From an uncultured Eubacteriales bacterium (GTDB lineage: Bacteria; Bacillota; Clostridia; Oscillospirales; Oscillospiraceae): a stretch of DNA of 64,000 bases. Under the pieces are notes generated by a model. The model searched no databases, had not been told where the DNA came from, and saw only the letters and a program-made list of their open reading frames with translations. Below are positions 19,215 through 33,475 of this stretch, in pieces; positions within the stretch are counted from its first letter, which is position 1; each line of letters opens with the position of its first letter. A program made the position numbers and the translations under genes. The stretch is taken from contig URAZ01000001.1 in assembly GCA_900545925.1 (NCBI GenBank), forward strand, positions 42,614 through 106,613, in the 5' to 3' direction.

Positions 19215-19250
19215 GCGCCTCCGCTGAAAAGCGGGGGTGTTTTTTTGTTG
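19215..19250 (+). terminator. intrinsic terminator after rnpB
   Basis: CCTCCGCTgaaaAGCGGGGG followed by TGTTTTTTTG. Confidence 0.6.
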
Positions 19251-19468
19251 GTGATTTAAGGACTTTTCTGATGCAATCACTCATATTAGAAATTTGTGAC
19301 TGCCCTTCAGCATTTTCTTTTGCTTCTCCAAAAGAAAACGAGCCCGGATGGATTTCGATTTCCCTCCGGCCCTCCTTGAACCGACCTGAAAAACCTCTTC
19401 GGTTTTTCTGGACTTTTCCCGCGAAATTTGGAGCAGTTCAGAATTTCCGACGCTACTCTTATGCGCTT

Positions 19469-19500
19469 CGTAGGGGCCGATGCCTACATCGGCCCCTACG
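19469..19500. repeat. REP-like palindromic element, copy 3
   Basis: CGTAGGGGCCGATG-CCTA-CATCGGCCCCTACG, 14-bp stem. Confidence 0.8.
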
Positions 19501-19667
19501 GAACTCCGGCGAATTCGTACTACTCTTCACATTTTTAACGCAAGGCGTTTTTTCCGCAGATATTAAATCGTAACTGCTCACAATCTGTTGTACCGTAACC
19601 AGCGCCTCTTTTCTCCCGCTTCTTTTCCGGCAAGGCGAAAAAAAGCGACCGCCGGAGACATGACCAA

Positions 19668-19700
19668 CCGGAAAATGCGCCCGACAAGACTGTCAGGCGC
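19668..19700 (-). terminator. hairpin terminator downstream of clpE
   Basis: AAATGCGCC ... GGCGCATTT inverted repeat flanked by A/T runs. Confidence 0.45.
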
Positions 19701-19708
19701 ATTTTGAA

Positions 19709-22042
19709 TTATACGGTTTCCAGTTTGATTTTCCCGTCCTCGCAGGTTGCTTTGATAGAACTGAACGGATCAACATAGCTTTTGATGATACGTTCGGCGA
19801 TGGGGTCTTCAAGGTCGGTCTGGATGGCGCGGCGGAGATTGCGCGCACCATAGGACACAGAATAGGATTTCTTGACAAGATAATCCTTGACGCTCTCGTC
19901 CCACGCGAATTCGATACCGCGGCTCTCCAGCGACTGCTTGAGTTCCGAGAGCATAATATCTGCAATGCCGCGGAAGTTCTCCTCGCTCAGCTGGTTGAAG
20001 CAGACGATCTCGTCAACGCGGTTGATAAACTCAGGCCGCAGGAACTCACTCAGCGCCTTCATGGCCTTTTCCTTCGACTGCTCGGTCAGGCTGCGGCCAA
20101 AGCCGACGCTGCCGCCCTTCTGGCTGGAGCCTGCGTTGGAAGTCATGATGATGATGGTGTTTTCAAAATTGACGACTCTCCCCTGTGCATCAGTGATGCG
20201 GCCATCATCGAGGATCTGAAGCAGGATATTCAGTACGTCCGGATGAGCCTTTTCTAGTTCGTCAAACAGAATGACGGAATACGGACGGCGGCGGATCTTT
20301 TCGGTCAGCTGTCCGGCCTCGTCATAGCCGACATAGCCAGGAGGCGATCCGATGATCTTCGAGACGCTGTGCTTTTCCATGTATTCGGACATATCAAGCC
20401 GGATGAGCGACTCGACCGACTCAAACATCTCGCTGGCAAGGCGTTTGACAAGTTCCGTCTTACCAACGCCGGTCGAACCGACGAAGATGAAGGAAACAGG
20501 ATGCTTCTTGACCTGAATGCCGACGCGGGAGCGGCGGATAGCAGACACAACGGAGGCAATCGCCTCGTCCTGCCCAACAATATGCTTTTTGAGTTCTGCG
20601 TCGAGGTTCAAAAGCTGCTCATATTCCTGCGCACGGATCTTGCTTGCGGGAATCTTTGTCCAGAGTTCAATGATGCGGGCCAGATTATCAATCGTCAACG
20701 CGGGTTTTGGCAGCTTTTCCAGTTCTGCAATCTCAGAGTCCAGTTGAAGGTTCCGGCTGCGGAGTTCCGCCATGCGGGCATAATCGTCCTGCGTCTTTTC
20801 GGCGTTCTCCGTGAGCATGGAAAGTTCCAGATCGTAATCGGCATGCTCCTTTTTAAGCGCTTCGAGTCTGCCAATGTTCTTATTTTTCAGGTTCACATCC
20901 GAGCATGCTTCATCGATCAGGTCGATGGCCTTATCCGGCAGGAAACGGTCGGTAATGTAGCGTTCGGAGAGCAGAACGGCCTGGCGCGCAATCTCCGGCG
21001 AGATCACGACACCGTGGAACGTCTCATAATAATGGCTGATGCCGCGGATGATGGCGATGGACTGCTCGATGGTCGGCTCGGCGACGGTGACGGGCTGAAA
21101 GCGGCGTTCGAGTGCAGCGTCTTTTTCGATATGTTTGCGGTACTCGTTGAAAGTCGTTGCTCCGATGACCTGGATTTCCCCTCGTGAGAGCGCTGGCTTC
21201 AGGATATTGGCGGCGTTCATGGATCCCTCTGCATCGCCTGCGCCGACGAGATTATGCACTTCGTCAATGACCAGAATAATATTGCCGAGTTTTTTGACCT
21301 CTTCAATGAGGCCCTTCATGCGGCTTTCAAACTGCCCCCGGAACTGCGTGCCCGCGACGAGGGCCGTGAGATCCATGAGATAGACCTCTTTGTTCTGAAG
21401 CTTATACGGGACGTCCTTGTCGGCAATTTTCTGTGCAAGGCCCTCAGCGATGGCAGTCTTACCGACACCTGGTTCGCCGATGAGACAAGGGTTATTCTTC
21501 TGGCGGCGGTTGAGAATCTGGATGACACGCTCCGTCTCCTCTTCGCGGCCGATGATGCGGTCAAGCTTGCCGTCACGCGCTTTCTGCGTCAGATTCTGGC
21601 AGTAGGTGTCAAGGAATTTATGCTTCTTGTTCTTGCTGTTCGGCTTGTCACCGGAGCGCTGGCGGCTCTCGGTTTTTTCCGGCTCCGGGACGGCAGGCGT
21701 ATTATCCTGCCCCTGACCGGCGGCTCCGAAAAGTTTATTGAGGAAGGGGAACGTGGCAGTCTGGCTGTCCGCTTCGTCGTCTTCGCCATCCTCCTCCGGG
21801 TCGCGGCTCTGGCCGAGCAGGCCTTCCAGTCCATTCATCGCCTCGGTCATCTCACCGTTGAGGTTCTCAAGGTCATCCTCGGAGAGTCCCATCCGCTCGA
21901 TCATATCATCGACAGGCTTGATGCCCATCTCCTTGGCGCATTTGAGGCAAAGGCCCTCGTTGACGGTTTTTCCGCCGTCGATCTTCGTTATAAAAATGAC
22001 TGCAAGATTCTTTTTGCATCTTGAGCACAGGGTCGGTTTCAT
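19709..22042 (-). CDS. clpE: ATP-dependent Clp protease ATP-binding subunit, ClpE-type (N-terminal zinc finger + two AAA+ modules)
   Basis: N-terminal CxxC...CxxC (CSRCKK...CLKCAKE). Two Walker A boxes ([16 protein letters not shown]). ClpB/ClpC-family sensor motifs. ATG at 22042 after AAGGAGAA. Confidence 0.9.
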   Translation of the reverse strand: MKPTLCSRCKKNLAVIFITKIDGGKTVNEGLCLKCAKEMGIKPVDDMIERMGLSEDDLENLNGEMTEAMNGLEGLLGQSRDPEEDGEDDEADSQTATFPFLNKLFGAAGQGQDNTPAVPEPEKTESRQRSGDKPNSKNKKHKFLDTYCQNLTQKARDGKLDRIIGREEETERVIQILNRRQKNNPCLIGEPGVGKTAIAEGLAQKIADKDVPYKLQNKEVYLMDLTALVAGTQFRGQFESRMKGLIEEVKKLGNIILVIDEVHNLVGAGDAEGSMNAANILKPALSRGEIQVIGATTFNEYRKHIEKDAALERRFQPVTVAEPTIEQSIAIIRGISHYYETFHGVVISPEIARQAVLLSERYITDRFLPDKAIDLIDEACSDVNLKNKNIGRLEALKKEHADYDLELSMLTENAEKTQDDYARMAELRSRNLQLDSEIAELEKLPKPALTIDNLARIIELWTKIPASKIRAQEYEQLLNLDAELKKHIVGQDEAIASVVSAIRRSRVGIQVKKHPVSFIFVGSTGVGKTELVKRLASEMFESVESLIRLDMSEYMEKHSVSKIIGSPPGYVGYDEAGQLTEKIRRRPYSVILFDELEKAHPDVLNILLQILDDGRITDAQGRVVNFENTIIIMTSNAGSSQKGGSVGFGRSLTEQSKEKAMKALSEFLRPEFINRVDEIVCFNQLSEENFRGIADIMLSELKQSLESRGIEFAWDESVKDYLVKKSYSVSYGARNLRRAIQTDLEDPIAERIIKSYVDPFSSIKATCEDGKIKLETV

Positions 22043-22248
22043 AAAAGGCTTCTCCTTATCGCGTTTCCTTAGCGTCGCTTGAAAAGAGCACGCAGGCATA
22101 CCGGCTGTACGTCAAGGACGATAACGCTGCGAAAGGCGTGCCGGAACGTCCAGAGGGCATGTGCGCTCTTGTCAAACGACGCCATAAAGTATATCACAGT
22201 CAGGCCGTCGTATCTTTGCAGAATTGTAAACGTTTTTTGGAAAATTAT

Positions 22249-23412
22249 TTACGGGACATACAGTGCCCCATGGCCATTGGCCAGCAGAATTGCGGAGCCG
22301 TCCTCGCGCATCACAGCGCTGGACGCACCGGTCGTGTTGTCGGAAACATCATATTCTTTCAGATTCTGATCATAAATAGCAAGAGATCCGCTTGTCAGAA
22401 GCGCAAGATACCGGCCGGAAGCAGAAATATCCAAGATCTGCTCGCTGGTTGGGAGCGTGCCCAGTACCGTCCCGTCGTACCCGACAGTCAGGACGGTATA
22501 GCGGTTTCCGGCCTTATAGAGATTCATGACAAGCGTAACAAATCCAGAGCCGTCCAATGTGTAGTCCTTGAGATAGTCATCCTCAAAGGCATAGCTTCCG
22601 AGGCACTGACCATCCAGATCGTAAAAATACAGCGCATCTTCGCACAGGACACAGAGCGCATTTCCGGACAGAAAATGCAGATCGTAGATCAGGGCATTCC
22701 CGATGGGGATGGTGCGGAGAATTTCCTCGGAATCTGTCTGGAAGAGAACGATAGAGGACTGGAACATGCCGTCCTCCTGCCCTAGCGCGGCAGCAGCGGC
22801 GTATTTTGCCCCGGAAGAGACGGTGCAGCGCATGAAATACTGACTCGACGAGAGCCATCGGTAGATCAAAGCCTGCTGGCTATTATAGACATAAAGCACG
22901 GAACGGTATCCGGATTCGCTGGATAAATAGCAGATGCTGCCGTCAGACGCAATATCTGCGTCGAGAATCGGCTTCTGCGAGGAAATATGCAGAACGGAGC
23001 CGTTTTTCTGGCTGGCAGCCTCCAGTGTATTTCCGCCGGTATCATAGGCCATCGCAATTTCGCCGCCGGTTTTCAGGACCGGTGCGGACATGGACGCCTG
23101 AATGGATGCAGTCTCCACACCGTCCTTGTCATAGAGGCTGAGTCCCGTTGCGGAGGCAACAGAAAGTCCGCCGGACAGATCAGCATAGCGGTTGGAGTTG
23201 CTCTCGTCGTAGACGAAGCGCCCCGTTTTGCTGTCCTCGGAGACGTTCAGATAGCGCACATAACGCTGCAGCGCGTCCAGATTCAGCCGGTCACGAAACA
23301 CATAAGCCGCTACACCGCCCGTGACAAGCACAAGCAGGAGCGCAAATACAGCGATCCGCTTCCCAAGTCCCGGATGCTTCTGCGCATGCAGCTGCGAGAC
23401 ATTATCCGACAT
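22249..23412 (-). CDS. hypothetical membrane-anchored protein with repetitive beta-rich (propeller-like) extracytoplasmic domain
   Basis: One N-terminal TM helix (IAVFALLLVLVTGGVAAYVF), then 350 aa rich in Y/D/G/S/L repeats. Overlaps the truA stop. Start could be 23433 or 23412. Confidence 0.6.
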   Translation of the reverse strand: MSDNVSQLHAQKHPGLGKRIAVFALLLVLVTGGVAAYVFRDRLNLDALQRYVRYLNVSEDSKTGRFVYDESNSNRYADLSGGLSVASATGLSLYDKDGVETASIQASMSAPVLKTGGEIAMAYDTGGNTLEAASQKNGSVLHISSQKPILDADIASDGSICYLSSESGYRSVLYVYNSQQALIYRWLSSSQYFMRCTVSSGAKYAAAAALGQEDGMFQSSIVLFQTDSEEILRTIPIGNALIYDLHFLSGNALCVLCEDALYFYDLDGQCLGSYAFEDDYLKDYTLDGSGFVTLVMNLYKAGNRYTVLTVGYDGTVLGTLPTSEQILDISASGRYLALLTSGSLAIYDQNLKEYDVSDNTTGASSAVMREDGSAILLANGHGALYVP

Positions 23413-24168
23413 GGAAAACCGCCCTTCCGTCATCGTACCAAAGCTGTGTCATGTAAAGCCCGCCGGGCGGGACCGTCGGACCGGCTGCCGTCCGATCACC
23501 ATTCAGGAGAATCTGCGCGACAGCCTCCGGCGGGAACTTTCCTTCCGCAGCATAGACGCAGGTACCAGCCATGGCGCGGGCCATGTTATAAAGAAAGCCA
23601 TTGGCACTGACGCGCAGCGAAATCAAATCGCCGTCGCGTTCGACCTTGTAATCGTAGACCGTTCTCACAGTGGATTTCACATCTGTACCAACCGACCGAA
23701 CAGCGGCAAAGTCGTGCGTGCCGATAAAGCAGTCAGCCGCACGCTGCATGATCTTCTCGTTCAAATGCTTGGGATAAAACCACGCGCGATTGACATAAAA
23801 CGGATCGCGGATGCCGGAATTATAGATCAGATATGTATATTCCTTTTTGACGCAGGAGCCGATTGCATTGAAGTCCTCATGCACCTCCATCGCATCCGTC
23901 ACGACAATATCCTCCGGCAAGTGCGTGTTGAGCGCATACGGGATGCGGTCACATGGAATGCGGGCAGAGGTGCGGAAATTGGCGACGTAGACGCGTGCGT
24001 GAACGCCTGCATCCGTGCGGCCGCAGCCGGTCATATGCACCGGATGGCCGACGACGGCAGCTGCCGCCTCTTCAAGCGTCTGTCCGACGGTCGTGACCGT
24101 CTTCTGCACTTGCCAGCCGTGATAGGCCGTGCCGAGATATTTAAGCGTCAGGGCAATATTGCGCATAC
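23402..24168 (-). CDS. truA: tRNA pseudouridine(38-40) synthase
   Basis: MRNIALTLKYLGTAYHGWQVQ and GRTDAGVHA catalytic Asp motif. RBS AAGGAAG. Confidence 0.9.
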
Positions 24169-24227
24169 AAAACTTCCTTATTATCAAAAGTAATTGGCTT
24201 AATGTGAGAACAGTCAAAAAACTTCCG

Positions 24228-25760
24228 TTATCTTGTGTTCTCGCCGCCAAGTTGGAACGAACGGTACTGGACAGCCTCGGCGATGTGCTCGGGGCGGATC
24301 TGGTCGCTGCCCGCAAGGTCGGCAATGGTGCGGGCAACCTTGAGAACACGGTCATAACTACGGGCCGTCATGCCAAGTGCGTCAAACGCCTGTTTCATAA
24401 GGTCGGTGCAGGCCTCGTCCAGCTGGCAGAACGTGCGCAGCTGCGCGGGCTGCATATAGGCGTTGCAGCGAGTCGATGTGCCGCTGTAGCGTGTGTTCTG
24501 GATGTTTCTTGCTGCATCGACTCTGGCCTTGATAGCGGACGACGGTTCTGCCTCTGTCCGGGAACGCAATTCGTCAAACTTAACGGAACTGACCTCGACG
24601 ATCATGTCTACACGGTCGAGCATGGGTCCGGAAATACGGCTCAGATAGCGGTCAACCGCTGCCTGCGAGCAAGTACACCGGCCGCTGGGATCGCCGTACC
24701 AACCGCAGGGACAGGGGTTCATAGCGCAGACCAGCATGAACTCACAAGGGAATGTCTGTGAGCCCTGCACCCGGGAAATGGTGACCTGTCCGTCCTCAAG
24801 CGGCTGGCGCATGGATTCGATGGCATCCCGGCGGAACTCCGGCAGCTCGTCGAGGAACAGCACGCCCTTGTGCGCAAGGGAAATTTCGCCAGGCCGGACG
24901 TTCGCTCCGCCTCCGGCCAGCGCGGCTGCCGAGACGGTATGGTGCGGGCTGCGGAACGGGCGCGATTCGATGAGCGGATGATCCGGGCGCAGAAGACCCA
25001 TGACGGAATAGATCTGCGTGACGTCCAGCTGCTCCTGCCGCGTCATATCAGGCAGGATGGATGGCAGGCGCTTGGAAAGCATGCTCTTACCGGAACCCGG
25101 CGGGCCTACCAGAAGAATATTATGCCCGCCTGCTGCCGCAATTTCAAGTGCCCGCTTGGCATTTTCCTGCCCCTTTACATCCTTGAAGTCCAGAAGCTGC
25201 TGTGTTCTCTGCTCCGGCTGCCAGACGGGTGCGGGATCGATCGGTGTCTGGCCGGTCAGGTGCGCAGTTAACTGCCGGATATCCTTCACGCCGTAGACGG
25301 TCAGACCACCCGCAAGCGTGGCCTCTCGTGCGTTATCCTCCGGGACGTAAAGTTCCTCATAGCCAAGCCGCTTTGCGGCCAGTGCCATCGGCAGCACGCC
25401 CGGGACAGCGCGCAGCACGCCCTCCAGACTGAGTTCTCCGAGGAACGCGCAAGGCTTTTTCGGAAGCTTCACCTGTTCAGAAGCAGCCAGGATGGACAAG
25501 AGAATCGGCAGGTCATAAAGCGTGCCGGATTTTTTCGTCCCCGCCGGAGCAAGATTCACGATAATACGGCTGACAGGAAACCGGAAACCGCAGTTTTTGA
25601 TCGCGGCGCGCACCCGCTCGCGCGCCTCTTTAACGGACGCATCCGGCAGGCCGACCAGATCGAACGCCGGAAGTCCCGTGCCGATGTAGCATTCCGTCTG
25701 CACCTCATATCCGTTGACGCCTGATAGGCCGAGTGAGAGCACCTTACTGAGCATCTGCAT
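24228..25760 (-). CDS. comM: YifB/ComM family Mg-chelatase-like AAA+ ATPase
   Basis: N-terminal Lon-like domain, then Walker A GPPGSGKS and sensor motifs. 510 aa. Start at MQM or MLSKV (GGAGGG RBS). Confidence 0.85.
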   Translation of the reverse strand: MQMLSKVLSLGLSGVNGYEVQTECYIGTGLPAFDLVGLPDASVKEARERVRAAIKNCGFRFPVSRIIVNLAPAGTKKSGTLYDLPILLSILAASEQVKLPKKPCAFLGELSLEGVLRAVPGVLPMALAAKRLGYEELYVPEDNAREATLAGGLTVYGVKDIRQLTAHLTGQTPIDPAPVWQPEQRTQQLLDFKDVKGQENAKRALEIAAAGGHNILLVGPPGSGKSMLSKRLPSILPDMTRQEQLDVTQIYSVMGLLRPDHPLIESRPFRSPHHTVSAAALAGGGANVRPGEISLAHKGVLFLDELPEFRRDAIESMRQPLEDGQVTISRVQGSQTFPCEFMLVCAMNPCPCGWYGDPSGRCTCSQAAVDRYLSRISGPMLDRVDMIVEVSSVKFDELRSRTEAEPSSAIKARVDAARNIQNTRYSGTSTRCNAYMQPAQLRTFCQLDEACTDLMKQAFDALGMTARSYDRVLKVARTIADLAGSDQIRPEHIAEAVQYRSFQLGGENTR

Positions 25761-25895
25761 CCCTCCGCTTTTTTCTTCGCATCTATCATAGCGCATTTCA
25801 CGTTAAAAACCAACAGGTTTTTCAAAACTTGCCGGAACGAGACGCAAAATTTCGTAAGATTTCCGCCAAATCCAAAAAGGTTATTCCAAATTTGA

Positions 25896-25924
25896 TTTAC
25901 ATTGACAAGAAAATGTGATATAGT
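25896..25924 (+). promoter_or_regulatory. promoter of the PFOR gene (TTTACA-N17-TATAGT with TGn extension)
   Basis: Hexamers at 25896-25901 and 25919-25924. TG sits 1 nt upstream of the -10. Confidence 0.45.
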
Positions 25925-25966
25925 CAAGGTGCATGAATATGTAATTACTTTTAGGAGGTAATTGTT

Positions 25967-29590
<3,624 letters not shown>

Positions 29591-29602
29591 TTATCTCCTA
29601 TG

Positions 29603-29645
29603 CAAAACGGGCGGTACCTTCGGGTACCGCCCGCCTTTTATTATT
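29603..29645. terminator. bidirectional intrinsic terminator between convergent genes
   Basis: AAACGGGCGGTACC ttcg GGTACCGCCCG flanked by A-run and T-run. Confidence 0.7.
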
Positions 29646-29654
29646 TTTATAGTA

Positions 29655-31760
29655 TCATTTGTAGGTTTCTTCGAGATACAGCTGGACGCGGCGCTGGATG
29701 CGGTCTGTGATCTGTTTGGCAGTCTGCTCGTCCGCAAAATAATACGGCAGTTCATCGGCAAGAATCCCATCAACAGCTGCATCATAGTCAAATGCGGACA
29801 CAGCCTCCGCCTGCAGTTCGCGCAGGAGATTCTGTGCGGTGGTATCTGTCATGGCATCCGTCTTTTTCTCAAAGTCCGACTGTATCGGCAGCCAGCCGCC
29901 GCGGCTGCGCGCGGCGTAGAGCGGCTCGGTGATCAGGAGCATCAGGAACGCCCACGCGCCCTCCTTTTCCTGCGCATTGACCGGGATGGCCATCGGAAGC
30001 GTCAGATAGAAGCTGGCGCGTCCCGCACCCGGAAAGCCAGGGATGGCAAGCCGGTTCAGACCGTCTTCGTATTCTTCTTCAAAATACTGTGCACGGCCGA
30101 TCATCAGCTGCTCCAGCAGCGCCTGACCGGTCAGCAACGCTTCACGGGGCGATTCTGCCTCCGGCTGCGTCTGCCGCTTCGCGAGCTCCAGCAGACGGAG
30201 AAAATCAGGAGAATCGAAACTCGCCCGCACCGTCTCGTAATCCACAAAGGCATCCGGCGCATAAAGGAGCAGCAGCTGGAGCATGGACGCGCCGTCGTCC
30301 TGCGCGAAGACGGAACCGATCTCCGGATGCGCCTGCGCGGTATCCAGAAAATCCGCCATCGACCATGCCTCCCGGCCGCCGACGATATCCGGCAGACCGG
30401 CGGCCGTCGCAAGCAGGTAGGTCTGCGGCAGGCGGTACAGCGCGCCGTCCGTTTCGAGCGCGCGCAGAAGATTTTGTGTGAAATCTGTACGGGAAAGCGT
30501 TTCGTCCGCGTCGATCCACGTATACAGGTCTTCCAGCAGCCCCTGACGGGCATACTGTGCAAACGGCAGGCCGTTTACAAACAGCAGATCGGGACAATCT
30601 CCGTACAATAGATCCATCAAAAGCTGCTGGTCGGCCTGTTCGCCGTACTGCGCCTCATAATCGACGAATTCGGCCCGATATTCCGGATACAGGGACGAAA
30701 AATCACGAACAGCCATGGAGAAAATGTTGCTGCGGCTGCCTGCGATGCGGATCAGGCGCTTTTCCGAAAAATCACCCTCCGCCGGAGTCAGCCAGAACAG
30801 GCGGTGCTGCGTCCCTTCGTCCTCCGATGGGTAAAACTCCAATCCGAGGTACTGTCCGTTCCCCATGCCGCAGAAGGCTTCGACATCCATGGCGTACAGG
30901 CCGACCGTATCGCAGGCAAACAGCTGCGTCACGGCGTTCTCCGCGATCTGCCAGCCGAAGCAGACGTCGTTGGCAAAGACAAGGCAGTCATACGGCGTAT
31001 TTTCACCCGGATAGAGCATTTCAATCCCGGTGCGGAACAGATCGGGCAGCGGACACAGCGGCTGGATTTCATCATCCGCTATGGAATAAAGCATCTGCTC
31101 ACTCTGTGCCCAGGCCAGAAGCGCACCGTCCCGCACATGGAAGAATCGTTTAATCTCTGTGGCAGGCTGCTTCCAGAGAAGCGTTCCGTCCATGGTGCAG
31201 GCGAGAACGCAGGAACCGTCCGCGGCAAGTAGCAGCGCTTCATTCTGCACCGCCATGGCGGTCAGATTGGAAACGCCGGACAGGGCTTCGTCCAGCACGC
31301 GCGTCTGTCCGTCGGCGTGGAGCAGCCACTGTTCGCCGTCCGGGGTCTGACGCGATTCGATGTAATACAGCCGCTCCCCTGCCAGCGCCGCCTGCACGGC
31401 AAGGCCGTCCGGAGAAATCGGAAGTTCCTGCACGGTGCAGGCGTGTTCCGGCGTGTAATACGCCGCTGCTTCCGTCCGAAGCGGTTCGTCCGCACTGCCT
31501 GTGATCATACTGCCGGTCAGGACGGCTCCGCCGGAATACGGCAGCAGTGCGGTGCCCACCGTCATCCCCTCCGGCTCCGTGCGGGCCAATCGGTACTGCG
31601 CAGCCGGGATGCGGACGGAAACGCCGGAAACAGTCTGCTCCGTCTCCCCTGCCGCTGTCTGTGCGCTGCCGGGCTGCGTTGCAGGCAGTGTTTCTTTTTT
31701 GCAGGCAGTGCACATGAAAAGGATCAACATTGCCAATACGAACGCACGGAATCGCTTCAT
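29655..31760 (-). CDS. large lipoprotein: N-terminal beta-rich domain + C-terminal extracellular solute-binding-protein-like domain
   Basis: Signal peptide and Cys (LILFMCTAC). The C-terminal 400 aa resemble family-1 ABC substrate-binding proteins. RBS AAGGAGG. Confidence 0.7.
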   Translation of the reverse strand: MKRFRAFVLAMLILFMCTACKKETLPATQPGSAQTAAGETEQTVSGVSVRIPAAQYRLARTEPEGMTVGTALLPYSGGAVLTGSMITGSADEPLRTEAAAYYTPEHACTVQELPISPDGLAVQAALAGERLYYIESRQTPDGEQWLLHADGQTRVLDEALSGVSNLTAMAVQNEALLLAADGSCVLACTMDGTLLWKQPATEIKRFFHVRDGALLAWAQSEQMLYSIADDEIQPLCPLPDLFRTGIEMLYPGENTPYDCLVFANDVCFGWQIAENAVTQLFACDTVGLYAMDVEAFCGMGNGQYLGLEFYPSEDEGTQHRLFWLTPAEGDFSEKRLIRIAGSRSNIFSMAVRDFSSLYPEYRAEFVDYEAQYGEQADQQLLMDLLYGDCPDLLFVNGLPFAQYARQGLLEDLYTWIDADETLSRTDFTQNLLRALETDGALYRLPQTYLLATAAGLPDIVGGREAWSMADFLDTAQAHPEIGSVFAQDDGASMLQLLLLYAPDAFVDYETVRASFDSPDFLRLLELAKRQTQPEAESPREALLTGQALLEQLMIGRAQYFEEEYEDGLNRLAIPGFPGAGRASFYLTLPMAIPVNAQEKEGAWAFLMLLITEPLYAARSRGGWLPIQSDFEKKTDAMTDTTAQNLLRELQAEAVSAFDYDAAVDGILADELPYYFADEQTAKQITDRIQRRVQLYLEETYK

Positions 31761-31795
31761 TGTTCTGTCCTCCTTAGGTTTACTTTTGTAAACTT

Positions 31796-31824
31796 ATCAT
31801 AGCATGTAAGTTTACTCTTGTCAA
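31796..31824 (-). promoter_or_regulatory. consensus promoter (TTGACA-N17-TATGAT) of the lipoprotein gene, with a palindrome at the TSS
   Basis: On the minus strand: TTGACA (plus 31819-31824), 17-nt spacer, TATGAT (plus 31796-31801). GTTTAC-tttt-GTAAAC at 31778-31793 and a further GTTTAC at 31810-31815. Confidence 0.5.
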
Positions 31825-31987
31825 CCTTTTAAGACATATCAACTTTCAGACTGATGCAGCGCCCAATGGCTTCCACCGGTGTGCAAAAACGTATGTAGTT
31901 GGCAGGGGCGTGGCTCTTCTCCTCCCGATTGAAAACAGTTTCTTTAACGGCATTTTGGTAAATGCGAATGCAGTATCCCATTCGTTC

Positions 31988-32017
31988 GTATGGGCCGATG
32001 CCTATATCGCCCCGGCA
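31988..32017. repeat. REP-like palindromic element, degenerate copy 4
   Basis: TATGGGCCGATG-CCTA-TATCGCCCCGGCA. The 5' arm is conserved, the 3' arm decayed. Confidence 0.55.
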
Positions 32018-32059
32018 GAATGCACGATTTTACGGAAAATGCAAAAAATTCATATCTTT

Positions 32060-32094
32060 CCAACGGGCCGATGTGGGCATCGGCCCATACAACC
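32060..32094. repeat. REP-like palindromic element, copy 5
   Basis: CGGGCCGATG-TGGG-CATCGGCCC with matching flanks. Confidence 0.7.
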
Positions 32095-32261
32095 AAGCGA
32101 GTAAGGGCACACGAATTCGCCGAATAGCTTCTGTTTTTACAGTTACCTGCCGCTTGACCACTCAAGCACTTCGCGCCAACTCTCCCTTCAGGGGAGCCTT
32201 GGGAAGGGTGCAAAAAACAGGCGCTGCCGGAGCAGCGCCTGTCTGGGACTTGGTTGTGGAA

Positions 32262-33293
32262 TTAGCCCAGTTCGGAGAAGTACTTGATGGTGCGGACCAT
32301 CTGGCTGGTGTAGGAGTTTTCGTTGTCGTACCAGGAAACGACCTGAACCTGGGTGTCGCCGTTCGGCAGGGGCAGAACCATGGTCTGCGTTGCATCGAAC
32401 AGGGAGCCGTAGCGCATGCCGATGATGTCGGAGGAAACGATCTCGTCGGTGTTGTAGCCGAAGGACTCGGTAGCTTCCGCCTTCATCTGGGCATTGACCT
32501 GCTCAACGGTGACAGCACCCTTGACAACTGCGTTCAGGATGGTGGTGGAGCCGGTCGGGGTCGGGACACGCTGTGCGGCGCCGATGAGTTTGCCGTTCAG
32601 TTCCGGGATAACGAGGCCAATGGCCTTGGCAGCACCGGTGGAGTTCGGGACGATGTTGACAGCGGCTGCACGGCTGCGGCGGAGGTCACCCTTGCGCTGC
32701 GGGCCGTCGAGCGGCATCTGGTCGCCGGTGTAGGCGTGGATGGTGCACATAATGCCGGACTCGATAGGAGCCAGATCGTTCAGAGCCTTGGCCATCGGAG
32801 CGAGGCAGTTGGTGGTGCAAGAAGCAGCGGAGATGATGGTGTCTTCCTTGGTCAGCGTCTTGTGGTTGACGTTGTAAACGATGGTGGGCAGATCGTTGCC
32901 GGCCGGAGCGGAGATAACGACCTTGCGGGCACCTGCATCGATATGGGCCTGTGCCTTGGCCTTGCTGGTATAGAAACCGGTGCACTCGAGGACGACATCA
33001 ACGCCAAGCTTGCCCCAGGGCAGATCAGCTGCGTTCGGCATCTTGTAGATGACGATCTTCTTGCCGTCAACAACGATGTAGTTGTCTTCGCCTTCGCCCT
33101 CATGGTACTCAACGGTGTGGCCCTGCGCAACATAGTTGCCCTGCGTGGAGTCGTACTTCAGCAGGTGCGCGAGCATCTTCGCAGAAGTCAGGTCGTTGAT
33201 GGCGACGACTTCGTAGCCCTCAGCGCCAAACATCTGACGGAACGCCAGACGGCCGATACGGCCAAAACCATTGATTGCAACTTTAACAGACAT
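32262..33293 (-). CDS. gap: glyceraldehyde-3-phosphate dehydrogenase, type I
   Basis: [18 protein letters not shown]-binding motif. [10 protein letters not shown] active-site Cys. RBS AAGGAGGAA. Confidence 0.95.
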   Translation of the reverse strand: MSVKVAINGFGRIGRLAFRQMFGAEGYEVVAINDLTSAKMLAHLLKYDSTQGNYVAQGHTVEYHEGEGEDNYIVVDGKKIVIYKMPNAADLPWGKLGVDVVLECTGFYTSKAKAQAHIDAGARKVVISAPAGNDLPTIVYNVNHKTLTKEDTIISAASCTTNCLAPMAKALNDLAPIESGIMCTIHAYTGDQMPLDGPQRKGDLRRSRAAAVNIVPNSTGAAKAIGLVIPELNGKLIGAAQRVPTPTGSTTILNAVVKGAVTVEQVNAQMKAEATESFGYNTDEIVSSDIIGMRYGSLFDATQTMVLPLPNGDTQVQVVSWYDNENSYTSQMVRTIKYFSELG

Positions 33294-33458
33294 AATGAAT
33301 TTCCTCCTTATTACCTGCCGGCTGGATGCCGGCCAATATACTGTGTGTTCCACAACATTCTGCTAAATTATACCGCATTATTCTTCTGCTGTCCAGTATT
33401 ATTTTACCCAAAAACCAACGGTTTCTGCCTTAAAATCTTTACAATTTCGTCTGTTTGT

Positions 33459-33475
33459 CCAAACAATTTGTTTGG
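33459..33475. promoter_or_regulatory. perfect inverted repeat CCAAACAA-T-TTGTTTGG between divergent gap and ABC transporter genes
   Basis: 8-bp arms, 1-nt spacer. Read directly from the sequence. Confidence 0.35.

Noticed and set aside
19271-19573. 100-aa ORF in the rnpB-clpE intergenic region
   Set aside because: No Shine-Dalgarno. It spans a REP-like palindrome. Composition is atypical. More likely noncoding.
22043-22248. Possible CtsR operator (GGTCAAA-NAN-GGTCAAA) upstream of clpE
   Set aside because: Only a single GTCAAA-like heptad (GTCAAACGACGCCATAAA) is present, with at least 4 mismatches in the second repeat. Not convincing.
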